From the IMG/VR virus record IMGVR_UViG_3300025652_000059, positions 1,497-65,496 of that record: a stretch of 64,000 bases of DNA, one strand, 5' to 3'. A program made the position numbers and the translations under genes. The stretch comes from a virus. Its lineage: Duplodnaviria; Caudoviricetes. The notes under the pieces were generated by a model. The model saw only the letters and a program-made list of their open reading frames with translations, was not told the origin of the DNA and made no database searches. Of this stretch, positions 10,139 through 19,586 are shown piece by piece. The stretch's first letter is position 1. Every line of letters starts with the position of its first letter.

Positions 10139-11256
10139 TATATGTTCTCCGCTACTACATGAACTCTATGTAGATATAGATTGCCAGTATTCCCAAGAGT
10201 GTTTGTGGTAACGCCACATCTCCAAACAACATTTCTACTTTGCTGGGTAGCCGGCAAGATGATTTCATGCTCATGTTGAATAGAACCCGCTTCACTAATC
10301 ACCAAATTAGTTGTCACCGCATTAGTGTTGTCAGCATGAAAAGTTTGACGATACTTTTTATTAAGAGGAGCAGTGAAGCTTACGAAATTACCATCGATAA
10401 AATTAGTGTTACTATAGTATAGTGTGTCTCCTACCGACAGTAATTGATTATTGTCTGTTGCTGTTATAACTGTGAATCCCTCTGTGGACTCAACGGTACC
10501 GAAAACACTGTCACCCAAAAATCTTAGTCCAGTAACAGCGTTTATACCCGAACCAGAGTTAGACGTTAAGGAAACTCTGCCAGTTATAGTGTTCAACTTA
10601 TCTACATGATTTCCTCTGATATAAAAATCCCTAGCGCCGGTGAACGGTCCGAATTGCTCAGTTGTTGCAATCTCTACAATCTCGAATGACAGTGGTAAAG
10701 TCGAAGTTTGATTATATTGCACCAACTCTTCAAACTCTATGTATGGACTACCGTGGACGTTTGTAGTTTCGTATGCAGAATAGCTGTAATCAACAGTTAT
10801 TTTTAATTTCTGCCTTTTTGCGTATCCGCCTTTTGGTTTAGGTATAAAAAATGCAAAAGTCGGGCCAGTAAAAACATTACCAGTTGGTATTGGATACCCT
10901 GCACCGAACTGAGAACTACTTCCGCTAGTAGATGTACTATATCCAAAATGCCTTGTAAACTCATACACTTCAGTTTTTCGATTATCAATTGTTTGCTCTA
11001 TTGATTCAGTAGAGTTGTGCCAAGAGTTAAGATTTTTATCATATTGCAGATATGCATTATCCACAACAGGCTGTGAAAAATTTACATTGCTTAAACTATC
11101 TATCTGTGTATCAGGCCCTATAGAAAGTCTATTCGCAACTAGATTACCCTCAGAGTCTATATTAGCTTTTAGGTTATCAGAAGGCGAAGAAATAGTTACG
11201 CCTAAGTTGCCATCAGCGACAATGGTTGCTGTGATTTGCTCGTCAGCATCGCTCAT
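10138..11256 (-). CDS. putative virion accessory/fibre protein
   Basis: 372 aa. IDSLSNVNF...YLQYD...W motif resembles phage fibre repeats; beta-rich C-terminus. Confidence 0.6.
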   Translation of the reverse strand: MSDADEQITATIVADGNLGVTISSPSDNLKANIDSEGNLVANRLSIGPDTQIDSLSNVNFSQPVVDNAYLQYDKNLNSWHNSTESIEQTIDNRKTEVYEFTRHFGYSTSTSGSSSQFGAGYPIPTGNVFTGPTFAFFIPKPKGGYAKRQKLKITVDYSYSAYETTNVHGSPYIEFEELVQYNQTSTLPLSFEIVEIATTEQFGPFTGARDFYIRGNHVDKLNTITGRVSLTSNSGSGINAVTGLRFLGDSVFGTVESTEGFTVITATDNNQLLSVGDTLYYSNTNFIDGNFVSFTAPLNKKYRQTFHADNTNAVTTNLVISEAGSIQHEHEIILPATQQSRNVVWRCGVTTNTLGNTGNLYLHRVHVVAENI

Positions 11257-11257
11257 A

Positions 11258-11626
11258 TTACTTAGTTATCCCACCTGACACAGTAACAGTTCCCTGAACA
11301 ACACGAGTTACTACAGTAGTCGCTGTTGACACAATCTCTACGTCATAAAGATATCTACCTGCCTCTATAGAATTTGTTCCAACTTGAGTTACTGTATCGC
11401 CGTCAACAACATTTGAATTGGGTAATTTTAACGTGATTACACCACCTGCGTCATTGTGAGTTGCGATGAACTGTGCGGTAACTGAACTAGTAGTAAAGTT
11501 TTTACGCATCTGCGCCCTGACGGTGTGACCTGTAAGGTTATATGCTTGACCATCAGATGACTTTACATCAATGTTTGCCGTAAAGTCTGCGCCCTGATCA
11601 ATAGTTATGTTTGCTTTAATTGCCAT
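11258..11626 (-). CDS. small virion structural protein (BppU/LtfC-like beta-sandwich adaptor)
   Basis: Likely start MAIKANITIDQGADF at 11626 (GGAG SD and late promoter upstream). AQMRK and GRYLYDVEI...TRVVQGTVTV motifs are typical of marine T4-like phages. Confidence 0.75.
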   Translation of the reverse strand: MAIKANITIDQGADFTANIDVKSSDGQAYNLTGHTVRAQMRKNFTTSSVTAQFIATHNDAGGVITLKLPNSNVVDGDTVTQVGTNSIEAGRYLYDVEIVSTATTVVTRVVQGTVTVSGGITK

Positions 11627-11650
11627 CTTTTTTCTCCAATAGATACTACA

Positions 11651-11666
11651 GTTATTTATAAATAAC
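11651..11666. promoter_or_regulatory. palindromic bidirectional late promoter
   Basis: Perfect 16-bp palindrome GTTATTTATAAATAAC containing TATAAATA on both strands, between divergent genes. Confidence 0.85.
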
Positions 11667-11699
11667 AGAATAACCCTATGTGAACTAATTGGAAGAATT

Positions 11700-14537
11700 A
11701 TGTCAAGAACAAAGTATTTAAAATTTGGTGCTAGAGCAGACAAGAACTTGTCAGATCTTACGAATCCTGTCGAAGCGTTAAATAATATACTCGATGATAT
11801 TTCGAGCGAGTTGGACGAGAATGGAAATAAGTTACAATTTAGCCTTCAGGATATCAGTGGATTGATCGATCTTGTTAATACGGGTATGGGTCAAAGTGTT
11901 GATCCAGAGACGGGTCGACCATTCCTATTAAATTCATTAGCAGGCACGAATCTTCAAGCAACTGACGTATCAAATACACTAGTTGACGTTTCTCCTAAAG
12001 TAACATACCAAGACTACATAAACAATTACAGGGCTGTTCTGGGTGATCCCTTATGGACAGCAGGTGGATCTGGGCCGACAGCAAACTTTATTCCCTCAGA
12101 TAGATTGAATACAAACGCTAAAGGAATAAACTCTGAGCATACTGGCGATTTTATGCTAACAGGACAAATGTATCGAATCGTTAATAAAGGATCAGTCAAC
12201 GATAATAAATGGGATGAAATTGCAGTTGTTGATAAGGGTGCGGCATATGCTGTCGGAGACGTATTTACAGCCGCTATAGACGGAGATACACACTTCGCTA
12301 CTGCTACTGTTAGAAATGTTACTCTTCCTACTGGCAACTCTGGAACAACAGACGCTAACGCACTATCACCAGAAAAACTACACACAACAAAGGTTGACGC
12401 AACATTAACAGATATTGTAGGCCCCGAAGATTTTTGGACAAACGGAGACTTTAGATTCAGTTATAAAGTAAACTCAGATTTTCCTGACTCAGAAGGTGGT
12501 GTTCAGTGGGAAGGATACCAATCTGGACGATTTAATGTTGGATTTCGAACCACTGCATACTTCTTAATAGAAGAAGATGTAAATAATGATAACAATTGGA
12601 CTACACTAAAAGCCGTTATCGAAGACGAGTATGAAACAGCTTATCCTATAACATGGGCTGACTCTAGTGACGTTACAGAGATAAAACTATATAGCAGACA
12701 TGACTATGCTCGTGTTTGCGAGGGAATGACTATAGAATTAAACCAGGTTAGTCAACAAGTTGTTAAAGTATATAGAAAGTATAATACTACGAGTAGTGAA
12801 TATGAGTATTATGCAACACTAGATGGTAATGTTGGTAATGAAGATTCTACAGGATCTATCCAGACGTTTGTCACTGATGTTAATCAAGAACAACTAGATA
12901 GTGGAACTATTGCACTAACTCCAGTTGCTAGAGGAAATAGGCGTCATGTTAGATATACTGCCTTCTGGAGACCTAGACCAGCTAATGACTCTATTGACAG
13001 TAAATACTTTAATGAGTACGATCCATCCGAAGGTGGCACCCTCAATTTCAACTATTTTTATCCTGATGACGGCTCAACTGATGTTGACGGCCAATATACT
13101 TTCAAGTACTTCTTTGATAACAGAGTAAATTTCACACAACAAAAAACGTCTACTAATTTAAACGTAAATAATACTATATCATTAGAATTTAGCCCACCTC
13201 AAGTTGCGACAGACGTTTTTACTGAATACTCGTCCAACTCTATAGTCAGAAAACAAGTGCAGATTCAGGATAGTTCTGGCTCGATTATAGGCGAGGATAT
13301 AGAGTCTACTACATTCTCGGATATAGATGTTGGTGATTGGATTGTAGTGTGCCTTAATTCCACTAGCGTAACTAGAGGAAACACTAATGGCGTATACTAC
13401 GCATATCAAGTTATCGAAAAAGTTCAGAGTAAGCAGATATATGTACATGAAAGCTATACGACATTGGGTATAAATGAACACGTTCTACACGATGTACTGT
13501 TCGTAAAGAATAAGGGCCTAAAGGGAATATATCAGTCTTCTCCTTTGCTGATTGGTGGTAATCGAGAGAAAAAGCAAGTACTAGCAAATGTGACCTCCAA
13601 TGCATCTTCTATGAATAGACCGTTTGCCACTTATGTAGAATCTGGTGATATTGGTTATAAGGTTGAATATGATTTGCTTACAGCATCGAGCAATCATACA
13701 GCACACACTTACCCCTTTAGACTAACAACATTTGTCCCTGCCGCTACTACTGCTCTAAGCACATGGGAGCCACATCCTAGTGCTGTGGCTGGAGATGGAA
13801 CAGCAACTACGCTCAATAGTGAGAATTTCGGGACAAGCCCGATAGGCGGTCAAAATGGACTGATGGTGGTTTACTCCAGTAAAGGATTACAAGACTCTAG
13901 CGCCAAGCATGAGTGTGGTGGAGTGTATGGATTAGAGGTTGTCACTCCACCAGGCGGTGCACCCGCAGGATCAAATGACTCTGGTAGTACTAGAATATAT
14001 GTTAAAGAGTTGGATGGAGCCGAAGATCAAACAGGTTATTACGTCTACTTTGCCGGCTCTGATCCCGCCGCTCCAGTGATCGATCAACATAGTGTTGGTG
14101 GGGTCTCTACTACAATTGCTAGTCACAGTGCTGACGGTGCCTCTGATCCCTACATTGATATATCTACAGTACTAAATGCTGATATTGCACCAGGCACGAC
14201 AATAGTTCTTGTTCCTGATACTAGCTATAATTCGGTTAGTGCTGAACTTCAGAAGAATAGAGAGTATTGTATTATTCCTTTGAACACCGCTCCTCCATTT
14301 GCAAGTACACTTAATGGGCTAGCAACGACAGCTACTTTTGATAATCTAATGGTTTCTGGATTAGAATTTGAAGATGTGGAAGTGTTTTTAGCAGACAGTA
14401 AAGTTGTTGATCTAGAAACTGTCACTTGGGCGGGAAATGGAGTTCCAGACAAAAATGTCGATATACTAGGGCCCAACGATACTGGCGCTGGGTCGAGTAC
14501 ATACAAGATTCTTATTAACTCGGATACTTACACATAG
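11700..14537 (+). CDS. large virion structural protein on the opposite strand (possible PA14-like region)
   Basis: 945-aa ORF. N-terminal NLSDLTNPVEALNN motif and GGVQWEGY motif; own late promoter. Confidence 0.75.
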   Translation: MSRTKYLKFGARADKNLSDLTNPVEALNNILDDISSELDENGNKLQFSLQDISGLIDLVNTGMGQSVDPETGRPFLLNSLAGTNLQATDVSNTLVDVSPKVTYQDYINNYRAVLGDPLWTAGGSGPTANFIPSDRLNTNAKGINSEHTGDFMLTGQMYRIVNKGSVNDNKWDEIAVVDKGAAYAVGDVFTAAIDGDTHFATATVRNVTLPTGNSGTTDANALSPEKLHTTKVDATLTDIVGPEDFWTNGDFRFSYKVNSDFPDSEGGVQWEGYQSGRFNVGFRTTAYFLIEEDVNNDNNWTTLKAVIEDEYETAYPITWADSSDVTEIKLYSRHDYARVCEGMTIELNQVSQQVVKVYRKYNTTSSEYEYYATLDGNVGNEDSTGSIQTFVTDVNQEQLDSGTIALTPVARGNRRHVRYTAFWRPRPANDSIDSKYFNEYDPSEGGTLNFNYFYPDDGSTDVDGQYTFKYFFDNRVNFTQQKTSTNLNVNNTISLEFSPPQVATDVFTEYSSNSIVRKQVQIQDSSGSIIGEDIESTTFSDIDVGDWIVVCLNSTSVTRGNTNGVYYAYQVIEKVQSKQIYVHESYTTLGINEHVLHDVLFVKNKGLKGIYQSSPLLIGGNREKKQVLANVTSNASSMNRPFATYVESGDIGYKVEYDLLTASSNHTAHTYPFRLTTFVPAATTALSTWEPHPSAVAGDGTATTLNSENFGTSPIGGQNGLMVVYSSKGLQDSSAKHECGGVYGLEVVTPPGGAPAGSNDSGSTRIYVKELDGAEDQTGYYVYFAGSDPAAPVIDQHSVGGVSTTIASHSADGASDPYIDISTVLNADIAPGTTIVLVPDTSYNSVSAELQKNREYCIIPLNTAPPFASTLNGLATTATFDNLMVSGLEFEDVEVFLADSKVVDLETVTWAGNGVPDKNVDILGPNDTGAGSSTYKILINSDTYT

Positions 14538-14540
14538 CAA

Positions 14541-16013
14541 TTATTGTTTCTGTGTAAGTATATAGAACTGCTCACCATTTACACTAATGGGGAGTTTGTG
14601 AGTATATGAGGCTATAGTAATATTTGCTGTATTTACTTGAGATACTGTGGCTGTCTTAGCTGTATTCGTTTTTATAAAATTAACATCTGTCGAAGCCGGA
14701 GACGCAAAGTCTTTAAGCACAAGATCTTTCACTTGAGCAATATTTGTAGAGGGCTCACTTCTAAGTGCGCCACCAGTAATAAATGCCGGAGTAGATCCAC
14801 TTGCTACTTCTGTCCAAGGGTTGTCTGATCCTGAGAATGCACGAATCTTATTTCCTGCATTTAAAATGAAAAGACCAGGCGGCTTTGTTGCCTTGATACT
14901 AGCTGTCCCATTACTGCTACCAGATCCCACGTTTACTGCTGTGAAAGTATCGTCATTACTCCAAACTTGTGAAAGGCCAGAGACTCCATTAAAATAGCTA
15001 TCTGGAGTATCCCCTTTATCTATTATCTTATATTCTGTTCCTTGAACTAGTGCCGTGTTTACTTCTCTTGGAAATCCTATCTCTAACACAGAGTCGTTAT
15101 CTATTTGCATTAGACCATTGAGTCTAAATCGGACATCGAAATTGTTATCTAAAAAGTTGAGAGGAACTCTAGATTTTTTATACTTAACTTTTGCTACGAT
15201 ATTGCCTATAAATGCTATCTTTTCTAGAGGAGTCAAGCCCTCAGTTTCGTCATCGTCATTACCGCCACCTTCTTCACCTAGATTAATACTGCCGCCACCT
15301 TCAGCTTCGTCATTAGTAGATATTTTTTGGACTTTCATGTTAGAGATGTTATCGCTTGTAATGGTATCTGATCTAGTAAACGTAACATTGTTTATATCTG
15401 CGCCAGCAATACCAGACAATATAGTATCGATGTTCAATATCGTAGGAGGATCAGCTACATCACTTGCGCTAATTATTTGGAAGACATCTTCGCCATTACT
15501 ATTATAAGATTTGTATGGATAGTCTAGTGTACTCGATTCCCCCACAGCACTTATAGCAAACACTGTATCTGTAGAAAATGCTATCTTATTTGCTCCGACA
15601 ACTCGTATACTGTATCCGTTATTGCTGTTGTTGTCGTAAAATCCCTCAAAGTCTGATCTAACGAAAACTTCTTTTGCGAAACCACCACTACCTGTATCTG
15701 AAGATCCGTCACTTGAAGGAGTAAACACTTGTCCCACCGTTGCTGAAGTAGCACCCAAAGCTACCCAGTCGTGATCAGATCCCAATTCTACGATTTTATA
15801 TGACTTACTTGTATCAAAGTCTCCAAAAAAAACTTCGGTTGGTTTCACTTCCTGTTGGTTGTTTCTGAGTACACTAGCAAACTTACTGTTACCATCAAAT
15901 AGCAAAATATCAGATGTTATATCAATACCCCCAAGATTATCGAGGATAGCCCTATCAGACGGAGTGGTAATACTCTCCTGTAAGTTTAAGTTTGCAACAA
16001 ATCCTTGAGCCAT
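14541..16013 (-). CDS. virion structural/fibre-associated protein
   Basis: 490 aa. Two copies of the GxxYxI...W...GxxF module; C-terminal THKLPISVNG. Confidence 0.7.
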   Translation of the reverse strand: MAQGFVANLNLQESITTPSDRAILDNLGGIDITSDILLFDGNSKFASVLRNNQQEVKPTEVFFGDFDTSKSYKIVELGSDHDWVALGATSATVGQVFTPSSDGSSDTGSGGFAKEVFVRSDFEGFYDNNSNNGYSIRVVGANKIAFSTDTVFAISAVGESSTLDYPYKSYNSNGEDVFQIISASDVADPPTILNIDTILSGIAGADINNVTFTRSDTITSDNISNMKVQKISTNDEAEGGGSINLGEEGGGNDDDETEGLTPLEKIAFIGNIVAKVKYKKSRVPLNFLDNNFDVRFRLNGLMQIDNDSVLEIGFPREVNTALVQGTEYKIIDKGDTPDSYFNGVSGLSQVWSNDDTFTAVNVGSGSSNGTASIKATKPPGLFILNAGNKIRAFSGSDNPWTEVASGSTPAFITGGALRSEPSTNIAQVKDLVLKDFASPASTDVNFIKTNTAKTATVSQVNTANITIASYTHKLPISVNGEQFYILTQKQ

Positions 16014-16022
16014 TTCGTTTCC

Positions 16023-19000
16023 CTAGCTTTCTAGCTGTATTGTCCAACCAGCATTTCTCAGTGCGGCCAGTTTGTTTCCAGTAGATAAATCTCCTGTTGT
16101 TCCATCATTAATCAATCTACTTTCAGTCAAATGATCGCCAGAGTCTGCGTTTTGACCGAGTAAGTTTATAATGACCCCACCCCTTTTTCTCAGAAGATAG
16201 TTCTCATATAAGTCATTGATCAGTGATGTCCCAACGCCACCTGGAAGTTTATTGTTTTTCAGATTAAGTCTAGTTAAGTATTTATTTAGTGCTAGACTGC
16301 CTGATACATATCCTGAAATCTGATTGTCTTGTAATCTAATATTCCGTAAATTTCCACACTGCGAGAAGTCTGGAAAATTTCCAGTAAATTTATTGTTGTT
16401 AGCCCAAACACGAAAAAGATAAGGTAAGTTCCATGTAGGGAACTGGCCCGGTATGGTATTATTTTCAAGATATAACCATTGCAATCTTGGATTATTCCAT
16501 GCAGGTAAGATCTCATCCAATCCTGCTGTCAATACTTTATCATATCCATCTGGTCTAACTGTTCCAGTTCCTGTTATACCGGAAAGATTGGGTGCGGCAG
16601 GAGCATAAAAGCTGTAGTTTGCATAACTGCCAGCCGCAGAATGATCTACATACTCTGAAATGTTTGCCTTGTTTTGTCCAGTGATAGTATTCCAATCGTC
16701 TACACTAGTGGTGCCGATATCGTATATTCTATATCTCTTACCCTGTACGAGTGAAGTAGTTGCGATAGGTACTGCTTGATATATAAAGGTATCCCCTACC
16801 GCAGGTTGTGTTCCGCCACTTGTCCCCTGACTCTCACCAGTAACTGGATTCACATTCGTCCAACCAATATCCGCCCACATCTGTAGGCTATTATTGGAAC
16901 CGTGATTTAGATTTGCCTGATTATAAAAACTTACAATAGTATGCTTAACACCCGGCTGAGCCCATCTTACATGAAGATTAGACCTATTGTTCTTGAAATT
17001 CATGTAATATAGTTTAGTATTATTTGTAATATCTGGTAGCTTACCAGTCACTCCTCCACTAGCACCGTACAGTACCCTCAGGTTCAGATTACTAGATAGA
17101 TCTAAGAACTTTGTATCGTCTACACTATCTACGAATCTAATACACGCTCTATCCATATTATAGATATATAATCTTTCTAGATCAACTAGTGACTTGAGAG
17201 ATTTCCCAGTAAATCCATTATCGCCATTTATGCCTAAAAAGTCATTACTACTCATACCATATGTGGCCCCTGCGATGTAAAGCCTTCGTATCTTAGTAGT
17301 ATTCGGGCCGAATACTGAGTCACTAAGCCTAGCATCCATATGAGTATATCTAACATCGATAGTTGACAACTCTGGCTTGTCATTAAACATACCATTTTGT
17401 TGCCAATCACCAAGACAATTAGAAGCAAGCATATTAAATGTTACTAGTGCAGGGCAGTTATCAAACTTGGCATTAACTGTTCTTTCTGCTTTTCTTATGC
17501 CGCTACGCATATAATTTCTATTATTATCATATGTATGAAGCTTCGTTTTACCAGACATATTAATGATGTTATGCGAACCTCTACTTGTTCTATTATTAGT
17601 TGATACAAACTTAGTTATCTCTGTGCTTCTAAGTGTTATTGCTCTATCAGATGATAGCGCATCTCTCTGTGTATTACTGGTTCCACTTGCTGTGTAAATA
17701 GGTAATTCTGAATTTGTCTCCAACTCAGAACTCGCAAACTCTAATTCTTCCACCTTAGAACTAGTCATAATCCCTATAGGAAGTTGCTGATAAAATGGTT
17801 GATTCTCTATCGAGTATTTCTTTATCCCTCTAGTATCGTCATATAAAACCTCGCCTGTAGCAGGGTCTGCTTTCTTAAAGCAATGTGCGCCAGGGTCACT
17901 AGATTGAAGAGATGTTATTTCCGTTTGGCTTGGGTGTGTATATATTTTTGCTAGTTGAATACCGCCAGGACTATTACCATGTAGCTTTAGATAATATAAA
18001 CTACCTGGCACTAGTCCAGAGCCAATTGCTCCGTCTGGATAGCCAGTTGGTATTTCTATTGTTCCATCCGAAGCTTCTCTTGCTCCGTTGAAGTATTTAA
18101 CACAGATATAATCGTCTGTATTAGGACTACCTGGTGCATATAGCGCATCCATCCAAACGTCATCATCGTGATCAAGTTCTATTAGGTTGTTAGCGGTAGC
18201 ATAATGGAATCTTCCCCAGTCATGGAATCCAGAATTAGCTACAGTCGTATCGACAACTGCGGGCATAACTTTTCCACCAGTCATTCTTCTTCTTAGATCA
18301 CTACCGTAGGTTACACCCATGCTGAAATTTTCTAAGTTGACGTATTGCGTTAAGTCTACCTCAGTAGAATCTTTAAAGCATCCATTAACAGTTATCTTTT
18401 TCATTGTTAGTGGAAGTCTATTCAACTGTGCATTTGCAGTTGAATATAACGCATTATCGTTATTAGTTAAATTTGTACTACCCTGTAGAGATAACTCTGC
18501 TCTGGCTAGGTTGTTTCCAGTAAGATTTATCTCTTCAAGTGTCGGCGCTAAACCTGCGGTAGACGTAAGTCCATGTTTTGCGGCACCAATTGCTTCAATG
18601 TCATCTCTAAACTCAGGCATAACTGCTAAGTCATTCTTTTCAAAACTTAATATCTTCAAGTTGGGTAGACTAACATTAGTCCACTGTGAGATATTAGCAT
18701 CAATTATCTTGAACTGCTCTATCTTGCTTGGATTGTAGAAAAACTCTATTCGTCTAGGTCTTGATTGAGAGTCTCTAAATGCATATATTGCAGGATTAGA
18801 TAACGTCCCTGTTCCAACACTACCTGGATTTGCTGCCGTTCCATCACCACTATTAAACACAGTTGCAGAGTTATCTAAGTTGGTCACTCTCCATGTTATG
18901 GGAATTGTAGATCCACTACTATCTTGTATGCCAACTACACTAGCTGTAAGATCACAGTCTCTAAATGCAGATTCAAATACTAGAGGTATACCCTTCATCG

Positions 19001-19586
19001 CTAAAACATTTTGCTCCACACCGTTGAACTTCATTTTTAAGATATGTGTAGGAACTTCTGCCCGAAATGATTTTTTTAACGGCGTTTTAGTTGTTGCAAT
19101 GGAGGAGTAGCTTACAGTACCCTTCTTAGAGTTTACTTCACCACCATAGAATATAGTACTATCTGGAGTAGCTTCTGGGCCTATTGGGGACCAAGACGAT
19201 ATTCTAGACGTAGAGATGTCAGCCTTTTTCTCTTTCCATTTATTATTTTCAATAGTACTGAAGTCTAGATAGTTATACTTTATCGCAGAGCCAGCTAACT
19301 GAGAGTTGATTAAAATATTAAAGTTCATCGGTACTGTGATGTCTGGTAAAGTGTCAACCAGTTGTCCAGTCTTCTGTGCAGTAGCAAGCATACCAGAAAA
19401 AACCTTTTCCTGATCTTCGCTAAGATTTGCCATAGTATGAAAATCTTTAATGTCTACGTTTACGCTAGTCAGACCACTTATAAGATTTAAGTCCTCTATA
19501 TTCAGGCCTAAGTTTTTTAACGCTTCGACTGGATCGTCAACGTCAATCATTCCTTTAGCTATGTTCAAGCCTCTGTATATTGGCAT
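16023..19586 (-). CDS. leucine-rich-repeat protein, putative virion component
   Basis: LKILSFEKNDL, LEEINLTGNNL, LQWLYLENNTIPGQFP, LRNIRLQDNQISG and LTRLNLKNNKLPG repeats. Confidence 0.85.
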   Translation of the reverse strand: MPIYRGLNIAKGMIDVDDPVEALKNLGLNIEDLNLISGLTSVNVDIKDFHTMANLSEDQEKVFSGMLATAQKTGQLVDTLPDITVPMNFNILINSQLAGSAIKYNYLDFSTIENNKWKEKKADISTSRISSWSPIGPEATPDSTIFYGGEVNSKKGTVSYSSIATTKTPLKKSFRAEVPTHILKMKFNGVEQNVLAMKGIPLVFESAFRDCDLTASVVGIQDSSGSTIPITWRVTNLDNSATVFNSGDGTAANPGSVGTGTLSNPAIYAFRDSQSRPRRIEFFYNPSKIEQFKIIDANISQWTNVSLPNLKILSFEKNDLAVMPEFRDDIEAIGAAKHGLTSTAGLAPTLEEINLTGNNLARAELSLQGSTNLTNNDNALYSTANAQLNRLPLTMKKITVNGCFKDSTEVDLTQYVNLENFSMGVTYGSDLRRRMTGGKVMPAVVDTTVANSGFHDWGRFHYATANNLIELDHDDDVWMDALYAPGSPNTDDYICVKYFNGAREASDGTIEIPTGYPDGAIGSGLVPGSLYYLKLHGNSPGGIQLAKIYTHPSQTEITSLQSSDPGAHCFKKADPATGEVLYDDTRGIKKYSIENQPFYQQLPIGIMTSSKVEELEFASSELETNSELPIYTASGTSNTQRDALSSDRAITLRSTEITKFVSTNNRTSRGSHNIINMSGKTKLHTYDNNRNYMRSGIRKAERTVNAKFDNCPALVTFNMLASNCLGDWQQNGMFNDKPELSTIDVRYTHMDARLSDSVFGPNTTKIRRLYIAGATYGMSSNDFLGINGDNGFTGKSLKSLVDLERLYIYNMDRACIRFVDSVDDTKFLDLSSNLNLRVLYGASGGVTGKLPDITNNTKLYYMNFKNNRSNLHVRWAQPGVKHTIVSFYNQANLNHGSNNSLQMWADIGWTNVNPVTGESQGTSGGTQPAVGDTFIYQAVPIATTSLVQGKRYRIYDIGTTSVDDWNTITGQNKANISEYVDHSAAGSYANYSFYAPAAPNLSGITGTGTVRPDGYDKVLTAGLDEILPAWNNPRLQWLYLENNTIPGQFPTWNLPYLFRVWANNNKFTGNFPDFSQCGNLRNIRLQDNQISGYVSGSLALNKYLTRLNLKNNKLPGGVGTSLINDLYENYLLRKRGGVIINLLGQNADSGDHLTESRLINDGTTGDLSTGNKLAALRNAGWTIQLES

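Noticed and set aside
11627-11743. N-terminal extension of the 161-aa ORF
   Set aside because: It overlaps the divergent gene and the late promoter. The SD and family motif support the start at 11626.
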